Translations under genes and position numbers: made by a program
Notes under the pieces: generated by a model
What the model was told of the DNA's origin: nothing
Database searches by the model: none
What the model saw: the letters and a program-made list of their open reading frames with translations, nothing else
Part shown: positions 1-9,272 of the stretch, in pieces
How positions within the stretch are numbered: the stretch's first letter is position 1
How the letters are laid out: every line of letters begins with the position of its first letter
DNA from: Naegleria gruberi
Lineage: Eukaryota
Strand: one strand, 5' to 3'
Length of the DNA stretch: 10,497 bases
Assembly: GCA_000004985.1 (NCBI GenBank)
Contig: GG739015.1

Positions 1-882
1 ACATTCACATTGATTGGAAGATCGGAGGGTATCATCTTGATCCATCTTTTCAATACCTTCATAATTATTCCTTAATAGAAAGATATTATTTAATTTTCTT
101 GATAATGATGCTTATTACAATTAATATATATATAATGAGAGGCGTAGTAATATATTAGTGTGATGAAGCTAATATATTATATGCGCTTAATAACTTTTGT
201 TTGTTTTTTAAAGTATACTTTATTGAGAAAGTTTAATTGTGTGTTTGGTCCTTTGATTCAGCAAATTGTTCTCTACGGAGCATGAATCCCTTAGTTTTTT
301 TTTGATTTGGTAATGCTAAATGGCGGCAAAAAAAGGCGGGCTAAGGATGGATAAAATTGGATATATGCAAATCCTTAAATGATACTAGTCGAGTTATTAA
401 GGAGAATAAGTTCACCAATATGCGGAATGTTCCAAGTTTGGCATTTCTTGTTGGATTCACCAACATGTCTCCGCCAAGTTGAGGAAGTCTTGGAATGTCA
501 ATAAAACAAAACCTTAGAGTCGCGACTGCTTAACTCACTTTCTTGTTGTTTGACTTGTTGTGATATTCCATTCAATAAACTTTCTTCATTCTGCATTTGG
601 CTTAATATCGATGCATCTTTGCTATGGACAAAAAAGAGTTGACGAATATAGTACTTTCTTCTTTGCAATTATACCTTAATTTAATTGATTGTTATGGGTG
701 ATAGGGATGTTTTGAAAAATAGTGGTAACAATCTAACATTGTGTCATCAATAACAGTTCGGATATCCGAATCATTCATTATTCCGATAATGACAATTCAC
801 ATCACTTCACTCGTCAATCATCACAAAAATTCAGTAAAAAAAAAATCAAACCACTCAATTGCTAGACCGAATCACATCATCA

Positions 883-1094
883 TGGCTTCATCCACCACCA
901 ATGCACAGAGGGGAAAATTCCTTGGACACATTGAAAAGTTTCCATTTTGGGTCTGGGTATTGCTCTTCATCTTTTGTTGTCCATGTGCTTTGGTTTTCTA
1001 TATTCTCCATCGAAGAGAGAAGAGAACCATGCAAGGACAATTACGTTACGATCCGAACAATGTAAAAATTTCCTTCCAAGTTGATAATGTTTAA
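883..1094 (+). CDS. Hypothetical small protein of about 70 aa with one predicted transmembrane helix.
   Basis: An internal ATG at 883 sits in the 741..1094 ORF and gives MASSTTNAQRGKFLGHIEKFPFWVWVLLFIFCCPCALVFYILHRREKRTMQGQLRYDPNNVKISFQVDNV. The hydrophobic stretch is FPFWVWVLLFIFCCPCALVFYIL. The local GC content is clearly higher than the surrounding AT-rich sequence. No recognisable family, so this may be non-coding. Confidence 0.3.
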
Positions 1095-1692
1095 TTTTCT
1101 TTTGTTTTCTTTTGCTGTTTTTCCAATTTTTTGAATTTTTTGAATTTTACATGCGCAAACAAGAGAGGAATTTTATTGAAAATGATGAAAATGAGTAGAA
1201 TTGATGAAATTTGATAGGAAAAGTGTAGATGTGTGGATGTAAAACCTTTCAAGGGATTGGAAAGCAGTGATAGGATCATTCACATGCGTGCATGTGTTGT
1301 AAATTTTTTTGGATTTTCATACAGTAGTGCATGTGAAAATTTCAATATTTGGATTTGGAGCAGAAAATTAGCAAACTCATAAGGGAAAGTTTCAAATCTC
1401 GTACTAGGTTTGAATCATTCAATAAATAATATTTCTGTATGTAAATTCTATTTAAATTCTTATCAAAATTATTGTAAACTTGCCAATTGAACAAGATTGC
1501 AAATTCATGAACAATGAATAGCATTTTTAATGCTCAACAACCATTTCAATCAATCTCATCAGCATTTTGAAATCTTTTACACACCATTTAGAGAAGGAAA
1601 AAGAAATCAATTTCGAATTTCTATTTGAAATTTTTGTCGATTTTCTTCCAATTTTATTATTCTCAACATATTTCAAAATGTATTTGGAGCAG

Positions 1693-4600
1693 NNNNNNNN
1701 NNNNNNNNNNNNNNNNNNNNNNNNNNNNNNNNNNNNNNNNNNNNNNNNNNNNNNNNNNNNNNNNNNNNNNNNNNNNNNNNNNNNNNNNNNNNNNNNNNNN
1801 NNNNNNNNNNNNNNNNNNNNNNNNNNNNNNNNNNNNNNNNNNNNNNNNNNNNNNNNNNNNNNNNNNNNNNNNNNNNNNNNNNNNNNNNNNNNNNNNNNNN
1901 NNNNNNNNNNNNNNNNNNNNNNNNNNNNNNNNNNNNNNNNNNNNNNNNNNNNNNNNNNNNNNNNNNNNNNNNNNNNNNNNNNNNNNNNNNNNNNNNNNNN
2001 NNNNNNNNNNNNNNNNNNNNNNNNNNNNNNNNNNNNNNNNNNNNNNNNNNNNNNNNNNNNNNNNNNNNNNNNNNNNNNNNNNNNNNNNNNNNNNNNNNNN
2101 NNNNNNNNNNNNNNNNNNNNNNNNNNNNNNNNNNNNNNNNNNNNNNNNNNNNNNNNNNNNNNNNNNNNNNNNNNNNNNNNNNNNNNNNNNNNNNNNNNNN
2201 NNNNNNNNNNNNNNNNNNNNNNNNNNNNNNNNNNNNNNNNNNNNNNNNNNNNNNNNNNNNNNNNNNNNNNNNNNNNNNNNNNNNNNNNNNNNNNNNNNNN
2301 NNNNNNNNNNNNNNNNNNNNNNNNNNNNNNNNNNNNNNNNNNNNNNNNNNNNNNNNNNNNNNNNNNNNNNNNNNNNNNNNNNNNNNNNNNNNNNNNNNNN
2401 NNNNNNNNNNNNNNNNNNNNNNNNNNNNNNNNNNNNNNNNNNNNNNNNNNNNNNNNNNNNNNNNNNNNNNNNNNNNNNNNNNNNNNNNNNNNNNNNNNNN
2501 NNNNNNNNNNNNNNNNNNNNNNNNNNNNNNNNNNNNNNNNNNNNNNNNNNNNNNNNNNNNNNNNNNNNNNNNNNNNNNNNNNNNNNNNNNNNNNNNNNNN
2601 NNNNNNNNNNNNNNNNNNNNNNNNNNNNNNNNNNNNNNNNNNNNNNNNNNNNNNNNNNNNNNNNNNNNNNNNNNNNNNNNNNNNNNNNNNNNNNNNNNNN
2701 NNNNNNNNNNNNNNNNNNNNNNNNNNNNNNNNNNNNNNNNNNNNNNNNNNNNNNNNNNNNNNNNNNNNNNNNNNNNNNNNNNNNNNNNNNNNNNNNNNNN
2801 NNNNNNNNNNNNNNNNNNNNNNNNNNNNNNNNNNNNNNNNNNNNNNNNNNNNNNNNNNNNNNNNNNNNNNNNNNNNNNNNNNNNNNNNNNNNNNNNNNNN
2901 NNNNNNNNNNNNNNNNNNNNNNNNNNNNNNNNNNNNNNNNNNNNNNNNNNNNNNNNNNNNNNNNNNNNNNNNNNNNNNNNNNNNNNNNNNNNNNNNNNNN
3001 NNNNNNNNNNNNNNNNNNNNNNNNNNNNNNNNNNNNNNNNNNNNNNNNNNNNNNNNNNNNNNNNNNNNNNNNNNNNNNNNNNNNNNNNNNNNNNNNNNNN
3101 NNNNNNNNNNNNNNNNNNNNNNNNNNNNNNNNNNNNNNNNNNNNNNNNNNNNNNNNNNNNNNNNNNNNNNNNNNNNNNNNNNNNNNNNNNNNNNNNNNNN
3201 NNNNNNNNNNNNNNNNNNNNNNNNNNNNNNNNNNNNNNNNNNNNNNNNNNNNNNNNNNNNNNNNNNNNNNNNNNNNNNNNNNNNNNNNNNNNNNNNNNNN
3301 NNNNNNNNNNNNNNNNNNNNNNNNNNNNNNNNNNNNNNNNNNNNNNNNNNNNNNNNNNNNNNNNNNNNNNNNNNNNNNNNNNNNNNNNNNNNNNNNNNNN
3401 NNNNNNNNNNNNNNNNNNNNNNNNNNNNNNNNNNNNNNNNNNNNNNNNNNNNNNNNNNNNNNNNNNNNNNNNNNNNNNNNNNNNNNNNNNNNNNNNNNNN
3501 NNNNNNNNNNNNNNNNNNNNNNNNNNNNNNNNNNNNNNNNNNNNNNNNNNNNNNNNNNNNNNNNNNNNNNNNNNNNNNNNNNNNNNNNNNNNNNNNNNNN
3601 NNNNNNNNNNNNNNNNNNNNNNNNNNNNNNNNNNNNNNNNNNNNNNNNNNNNNNNNNNNNNNNNNNNNNNNNNNNNNNNNNNNNNNNNNNNNNNNNNNNN
3701 NNNNNNNNNNNNNNNNNNNNNNNNNNNNNNNNNNNNNNNNNNNNNNNNNNNNNNNNNNNNNNNNNNNNNNNNNNNNNNNNNNNNNNNNNNNNNNNNNNNN
3801 NNNNNNNNNNNNNNNNNNNNNNNNNNNNNNNNNNNNNNNNNNNNNNNNNNNNNNNNNNNNNNNNNNNNNNNNNNNNNNNNNNNNNNNNNNNNNNNNNNNN
3901 NNNNNNNNNNNNNNNNNNNNNNNNNNNNNNNNNNNNNNNNNNNNNNNNNNNNNNNNNNNNNNNNNNNNNNNNNNNNNNNNNNNNNNNNNNNNNNNNNNNN
4001 NNNNNNNNNNNNNNNNNNNNNNNNNNNNNNNNNNNNNNNNNNNNNNNNNNNNNNNNNNNNNNNNNNNNNNNNNNNNNNNNNNNNNNNNNNNNNNNNNNNN
4101 NNNNNNNNNNNNNNNNNNNNNNNNNNNNNNNNNNNNNNNNNNNNNNNNNNNNNNNNNNNNNNNNNNNNNNNNNNNNNNNNNNNNNNNNNNNNNNNNNNNN
4201 NNNNNNNNNNNNNNNNNNNNNNNNNNNNNNNNNNNNNNNNNNNNNNNNNNNNNNNNNNNNNNNNNNNNNNNNNNNNNNNNNNNNNNNNNNNNNNNNNNNN
4301 NNNNNNNNNNNNNNNNNNNNNNNNNNNNNNNNNNNNNNNNNNNNNNNNNNNNNNNNNNNNNNNNNNNNNNNNNNNNNNNNNNNNNNNNNNNNNNNNNNNN
4401 NNNNNNNNNNNNNNNNNNNNNNNNNNNNNNNNNNNNNNNNNNNNNNNNNNNNNNNNNNNNNNNNNNNNNNNNNNNNNNNNNNNNNNNNNNNNNNNNNNNN
4501 NNNNNNNNNNNNNNNNNNNNNNNNNNNNNNNNNNNNNNNNNNNNNNNNNNNNNNNNNNNNNNNNNNNNNNNNNNNNNNNNNNNNNNNNNNNNNNNNNNNN

Positions 4601-6434
4601 NNNNNNNNNNNNNNNNNNNNNNNNNNNNNNNNNNNNNNNNNNNNNNNNNNNNNNNNNNNNNNNNNNNNNNNNNNNNNNNNNNNNNNNNNNNNNNNNNNNN
4701 NNNNNNNNNNNNNNNNNNNNNNNNNNNNNNNNNNNNNNNNNNNNNNNNNNNNNNNNNNNNNNNNNNNNNNNNNNNNNNNNNNNNNNNNNNNNNNNNNNNN
4801 NNNNNNNNNNNNNNNNNNNNNNNNNNNNNNNNNNNNNNNNNNNNNNNNNNNNNNNNNNNNNNNNNNNNNNNNNNNNNNNNNNNNNNNNNNNNNNNNNNNN
4901 NNNNNNNNNNNNNNNNNNNNNNNNNNNNNNNNNNNNNNNNNNNNNNNNNNNNNNNNNNNNNNNNNNNNNNNNNNNNNNNNNNNNNNNNNNNNNNNNNNNN
5001 NNNNNNNNNNNNNNNNNNNNNNNNNNNNNNNNNNNNNNNNNNNNNNNNNNNNNNNNNNNNNNNNNNNNNNNNNNNNNNNNNNNNNNNNNNNNNNNNNNNN
5101 NNNNNNNNNNNNNNNNNNNNNNNNNNNNNNNNNNNNNNNNNNNNNNNNNNNNNNNNNNNNNNNNNNNNNNNNNNNNNNNNNNNNNNNNNNNNNNNNNNNN
5201 NNNNNNNNNNNNNNNNNNNNNNNNNNNNNNNNNNNNNNNNNNNNNNNNNNNNNNNNNNNNNNNNNNNNNNNNNNNNNNNNNNNNNNNNNNNNNNNNNNNN
5301 NNNNNNNNNNNNNNNNNNNNNNNNNNNNNNNNNNNNNNNNNNNNNNNNNNNNNNNNNNNNNNNNNNNNNNNNNNNNNNNNNNNNNNNNNNNNNNNNNNNN
5401 NNNNNNNNNNNNNNNNNNNNNNNNNNNNNNNNNNNNNNNNNNNNNNNNNNNNNNNNNNNNNNNNNNNNNNNNNNNNNNNNNNNNNNNNNNNNNNNNNNNN
5501 NNNNNNNNNNNNNNNNNNNNNNNNNNNNNNNNNNNNNNNNNNNNNNNNNNNNNNNNNNNNNNNNNNNNNNNNNNNNNNNNNNNNNNNNNNNNNNNNNNNN
5601 NNNNNNNNNNNNNNNNNNNNNNNNNNNNNNNNNNNNNNNNNNNNNNNNNNNNNNNNNNNNNNNNNNNNNNNNNNNNNNNNNNNNNNNNNNNNNNNNNNNN
5701 NNNNNNNNNNNNNNNNNNNNNNNNNNNNNNNNNNNNNNNNNNNNNNNNNNNNNNNNNNNNNNNNNNNNNNNNNNNNNNNNNNNNNNNNNNNNNNNNNNNN
5801 NNNNNNNNNNNNNNNNNNNNNNNNNNNNNNNNNNNNNNNNNNNNNNNNNNNNNNNNNNNNNNNNNNNNNNNNNNNNNNNNNNNNNNNNNNNNNNNNNNNN
5901 NNNNNNNNNNNNNNNNNNNNNNNNNNNNNNNNNNNNNNNNNNNNNNNNNNNNNNNNNNNNNNNNNNNNNNNNNNNNNNNNNNNNNNNNNNNNNNNNNNNN
6001 NNNNNNNNNNNNNNNNNNNNNNNNNNNNNNNNNNNNNNNNNNNNNNNNNNNNNNNNNNNNNNNNNNNNNNNNNNNNNNNNNNNNNNNNNNNNNNNNNNNN
6101 NNNNNNNNNNNNNNNNNNNNNNNNNNNNNNNNNNNNNNNNNNNNNNNNNNNNNNNNNNNNNNNNNNNNNNNNNNNNNNNNNNNNNNNNNNNNNNNNNNNN
6201 NNNNNNNNNNNNNNNNNNNNNNNNNNNNNNNNNNNNNNNNNNNNNNNNNNNNNNNNNNNNNNNNNNNNNNNNNNNNNNNNNNNNNNNNNNNNNNNNNNNN
6301 NNNNNNNNNNNNNNNNNNNNNNNNNNNNNNNNNNNNNNNNNNNNNNNNNNNNNNNNNNNNNNNNNNNNNNNNNNNNNNNNNNNNNNNNNNNNNNNNNNNN
6401 NNNNNNNNNNNNNNNNNNNNNNNNNNNNNNNNNN
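1693..6434. other. Assembly gap (4,742 N).
   Basis: An uninterrupted run of n from 1693 to 6434. Confidence 1.
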
Positions 6435-6750
6435 GTTTATCTTGTGGAATTTCTTGAATTAATTTCATCATTTCAGAAAAATCATTTTCATTATTAATTA
6501 TATAAATTGTTTTTCTCTTCTCAGAAGATGGAACAATAGCCTTGATCTTGAAAGTGGATAATAACACTTCATCAGAAGAAGTAGCAGATGGCAAATCTTG
6601 AACAAATTCTCTAACAGATTCATTCAAGCCTCCGAAATTAATTAATTGGAAAACCTTTTCAATACTTTCTTCCTTGTTCTTTCTCATGATTAATTTACCA
6701 GTGAGAGTATTATTATTGTTATTATTAGTACACATTTTCTTTCTTATCAA
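6435..6750 (-). CDS. N-terminal part of an unidentified protein, truncated by the assembly gap. It has a poly-Asn tract and a possible ubiquitin-like or beta-grasp type N-terminal region.
   Basis: The minus-strand frame is open from the ATG at 6748..6750 for 105 codons (MIRKKMCTNNNNNNTLTGKLIMRKNKEESIEKVFQLINFGGLNESVREFVQDLPSATSSDEVLLSTFKIKAIVPSSEKRKTIYIINNENDFSEMMKLIQEIPQDK) and continues into the N-run. Its GC content is higher than the flanking DNA. No family can be assigned by eye. Confidence 0.45.
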
Positions 6751-6942
6751 TTGTTTTAGATTATTATTTAAATAATTGTTTGATTTGTTTTTTTTGTTGA
6801 AAAATGAAAATAGAATAGGCGGGAAATTTTATTTCATTCCACAATAGCAAAGTTCACCATCTCTCCAATAATAGTTTTTTTGTAAGGTTACAACAACTTT
6901 CAATGTAGGTTGGTTGTCAAACATTAAAAGAAGTTCGACCAT

Positions 6943-7308
6943 CTACCAATACTCACCACAACTACAATTCCCATCTCGTACAATGATGTCACATTCTCTA
7001 ATTTTTGAAATGGCTTTTGCTGCTTGATGGCAATCACCACAAACTCTCAAGTTTGCAGTTATGCAAAGGGTAGATCCTTTTGGTAAAGAAATCAAACCGT
7101 ATGCAATAGCAAGTTTTTCACAATGTTGGAACAGAACTTTTTCTTTTTCCTCTTCAGTGGTGATATCTTTTTTCATGCCCAAACTTGTATCTGGATGGTA
7201 GAGTTTGGATTCCAACAATTCCAACCTTAGCGTATCTAGTTCAGCCCTAATTAGGTTAATCTCTTTATGCTTATCATCCTCACTAACAAATGTAATTACC
7301 CATCTATT
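6943..7308 (-). CDS. PPR gene fragment 3: truncated DYW cytidine-deaminase-like domain.
   Basis: This fragment is in the same frame as fragment 2. It encodes NRWVITFVSEDDKHKEINLIRAELDTLRLELLESKLYHPDT...HCEKLAIAYGLI...NLRVCGDCHQAAKAISKIRECDIIVRDGNCSCGEYW. The HxE lies at about 7117..7125 and the CGDCH at 7027..7041. The stop is TAG at 6943..6945. Confidence 0.8.
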   Translation of the reverse strand, partial: NRWVITFVSEDDKHKEINLIRAELDTLRLELLESKLYHPDTSLGMKKDITTEEEKEKVLFQHCEKLAIAYGLISLPKGSTLCITANLRVCGDCHQAAKAISKIRECDIIVRDGNCSCGEYW

Positions 7309-7761
7309 TCAATTGTGTGTGTGTAAATAAATATTCGACATTAATATGTAAGCTGCAGCATTGGAAGGGCTTTGGGATATCACTCTTTCGAATGCCACTT
7401 CACCAAACTCAATATTGTTATATTTTCTACTAGCTCCCAACAAGGTCATCCAAATTATGGTGTCTGTTTCGTCTGAATCAATAAAGAAATGCGCCTCCTC
7501 TAAAAAACCTGCTCTTCCCAACATGTCTATGATGCAAGTTTTGTGTTTAATGTCTGGTTCAATATCATGATTAGTTTGCATACTTTCATAGATTTGAAAT
7601 CCTTCCTTAATTAATCCACTATGACTACACGCATTCAAAACTGCTGACACAACAAATGTGGTATCATTAGGAGCTATCCTCATTTCTTTGAATATCCTAA
7701 TCGCTTCTGGGAAGTCTTCATGAGTGATATAAATATTCGAGAGTTTGGTGGAATTCGATTA
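7309..7761 (-). CDS. PPR gene fragment 2: last PPR motifs plus the E-type motif, ending LMSNIY (frame B).
   Basis: Frame B is open from 7761 down to TGA at 7309..7311. It encodes ...EAIRIFKEMRIAPNDTTFVVSAVLNACSHSGLIKEGFQIYESM...IDMLGRAGFLEEA...ILMSNIYLHTHN. This is the canonical layout of the last PPR and E motifs of plant PLS proteins. Confidence 0.75.
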
Positions 7762-8681
7762 CTTTTCATCAACTCTAAAACATTCAAAGCTTGAGTGAAA
7801 TTCGAACTGTTAATACATCCCTTGATTAGTGCATGATAGTGAGATGGCAAAATTACTCTAGTTTTGGATGTGAGTATTTGCAGAGCATTTTGGTATTTTC
7901 CAAGACTCGAAAGGGCTAGAATAACATAGCTAAAAGTTTGCTTGTCCGTCTCAATTGAAGATTCCATCTCGCTGAATAACAGTAGTACTTCATTGTAAAG
8001 AGAGTGATGTGCGTATGCGGAAAGCATTGCATTCCATGTTGCTGTTGGTTTCTTCTCCATGCTGTGAANCAGTTCAATAGACCTTTCTAATAACCCACAC
8101 TTGGAGAACATAGAAATGAGGCTTGTTTGGACAATTATATCATTGAAAAATCCACTATTAATAATTAATTCTTCCAGGTTTAAAGCAGATGCTTTTGTGG
8201 TGCATCCAGTACTAATATTACCTCTCATTTCTGATACTGCAATTAACGCTTTTTGAATTTGTTTAGTATTAACTAAAGCTTTGATGTAGCAGGAATAATG
8301 AAACTTGTCAGGTGCCCCAATGTTTCGAAATATTAACTCTGCCTCGAATTGCTTCCACAAGTCCCTTTTCCTTTGCATATCTATTGGTTTTTTAAGGAAC
8401 GTTGTTATAAGATATAAATTTGGTTTATCAATAGCTTTGAATATTTTATCACACTCCTCCACAGAAAACTTTTCTCCCGAAATCAAGAAGGCACCATCAT
8501 AGGAATTAGGGTTTACATAGAATTTCGATAAGGCTTGTTGTTTTCTTGGAAAAGGCTTTTCACGAGGCTGGTTGTAATTTTTTTCATTTTTAAAAAATAG
8601 GAAATTGGTAAGGCCTTTATATATGAGCCAATAAATACTGGCAAGAAATTCCTTACATGCTTTCATTCTTGTTGTTTTCAC
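7680..8681 (-). CDS. PPR gene fragment 1: N-terminal region and degenerate PLS-type PPR repeats (frame A).
   Basis: A 333-aa ORF with repeated PPR-like helices, for example VQTSLISMFSKCGLLERSIEL and TWNAMLSAYAHHSLYNEVLLLFSEME. It contains one X from the n at 8069. Confidence 0.75.
   Translation of the reverse strand: MKTTRMKACKEFLASIYWLIYKGLTNFLFFKNEKNYNQPREKPFPRKQQALSKFYVNPNSYDGAFLISGEKFSVEECDKIFKAIDKPNLYLITTFLKKPIDMQRKRDLWKQFEAELIFRNIGAPDKFHYSCYIKALVNTKQIQKALIAVSEMRGNISTGCTTKASALNLEELIINSGFFNDIIVQTSLISMFSKCGLLERSIELXHSMEKKPTATWNAMLSAYAHHSLYNEVLLLFSEMESSIETDKQTFSYVILALSSLGKYQNALQILTSKTRVILPSHYHALIKGCINSSNFTQALNVLELMKSNRIPPNSRIFISLMKTSQKRLGYSKK
8069..8069. other. Single ambiguous base inside the PPR coding sequence.
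   Basis: An n at 8069, giving an X in the 7680..8681 ORF translation. Confidence 1.
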
Positions 8682-8849
8682 AATATTATATTTCCAGTCA
8701 TGTAAGATCCAGTAGAAAAGAAATCTCTTTGTTGATGAGAGCTAAAAATTTCCCACCAAAAATCCCGCTAAAATATTTCCACGTAAATATTTTTATTTTT
8801 TCATTAATTTTTTCGCACTTTTGTTAACAAAAATTCAAGTCAAACTTTA

Positions 8850-9115
8850 TTGATTTTCGTTAATAATTAACAAAAAAAACGAAATAAAAACGTAAACGTT
8901 TGTTGGGAAAAAAATTTCAAATTTACAGGTAAATTAACGCTAAATTTTATCGTAAATTATTGACGATTTTTCAATAATGTTTAACATTAAATATTATTGA
9001 AAAATTGTTATCAAAAAACGTTAATCATTAGCGAAAAATCGTCAATATTTCACAATAAAATTTGACTCATAATTGTCATCAATCATTAACGAAAAACTGT
9101 TAATGATTTACACAC
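8850..9115. repeat. Palindrome and inverted-repeat cluster. It may be a MITE-like element or a structured regulatory module.
   Basis: Near-palindrome gttaataattaac at 8860..8872. A 14-bp inverted repeat attgacgatttttc (8959..8972) pairs with gaaaaatcgtcaat (9033..9046), with a 60-bp spacer. A direct repeat aatcattagcgaaaaa (9023..9038) matches aatcattaacgaaaaa (9081..9096). A perfect hairpin lies at 9081..9108. Confidence 0.5.
9081..9108. repeat. Perfect 10-bp stem / 8-nt loop hairpin palindrome.
   Basis: aatcattaac (9081..9090), then gaaaaact (9091..9098), then gttaatgatt (9099..9108). The two arms are exact reverse complements. Confidence 0.9.
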
Positions 9116-9272
9116 AACTCTAATAAAATTCCAAGTCGAGTTGTCGTCAATCCAAGTTCCGAAATTCCGACTAAATCCATCTGAAAAAAAATATACTCAC
9201 TCACTTCCTGCTTCCAACTAAAAGTGTTCACTTCCTCTCATCTACATCAGAAATGAAACACCAACAAGCTAC

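Larger units (their letters stand above)
6943..8681 (-). pseudogene. PLS-class pentatricopeptide repeat (PPR) protein with a C-terminal DYW-type deaminase domain. The reading frame is interrupted, so this is a probable pseudogene or an error-containing draft copy.
   Basis: Three collinear minus-strand ORFs (7680..8681, 7309..7683, 6943..7224) translate to tandem degenerate 35-aa PPR motifs. Examples are SHYHALIKGCINSSNFTQALNVLELMKSNRIPPNS and EAIRIFKEMRIAPNDTTFVVSAVLNACSHSG, plus an E-motif end LMSNIY. These are followed by DYW-domain hallmarks: HCEKLAIAYGL (HxE), NLRVCGDCH (CxxCH) and a terminal CSCGEYW before TAG at 6943..6945. Segments 1 and 2 are in different frames, giving a frameshift around 7717..7746. 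Segments 2 and 3 are in the same frame and separated only by TGA at 7309..7311. Confidence 0.85.
8682..9150 (-). promoter_or_regulatory. Putative 5' flank and promoter of the PPR gene. It is extremely AT-rich and has clustered CG-containing repeated words.
   Basis: This lies immediately upstream of the ATG at 8681 on the minus strand. It has long A/T runs and no ORFs. There are repeated CGCTAAA / CGTAAAT / CGTTAAT / TTAACG / TTAGCG / TTGACG words and several AAAACG copies. Confidence 0.3.

Noticed and set aside
1281-1335. RY-like CATGCG/TGCATG words that could mark a seed-specific B3-factor element.
   Set aside because: Only 6-bp partial matches to CATGCATG. They lie 3' of the only nearby candidate ORF and face an assembly gap, so this is too weak to call a regulatory site.
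1091-1524. Short minus-strand ORFs 1091..1279 and 1342..1524.
   Set aside because: They are low-complexity, K/F/I-rich translations of AT-rich DNA with no domain-like pattern, so they are most likely non-coding.
1567-6462. Giant plus-strand ORFs (1567..6462 and 1625..6457) of about 1,600 aa.
   Set aside because: They are almost entirely poly-X from translating the N-run, which cannot contain stops. There are only about 40 real codons at the 5' end and a handful at the 3' end, so these are gap artefacts.
6751-6942. The bulk of the 1663..6750 minus-strand ORF (1,695 aa).
   Set aside because: Only the first 105 codons (6435..6750) are real sequence. The remainder is N-run translated as X and is not evidence for a large protein.
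7361-7570. Plus-strand 69-aa ORF (7361..7570) and 65-aa ORF (8305..8502).
   Set aside because: Both lie antisense inside the well-supported PPR coding sequence and are shadow ORFs.
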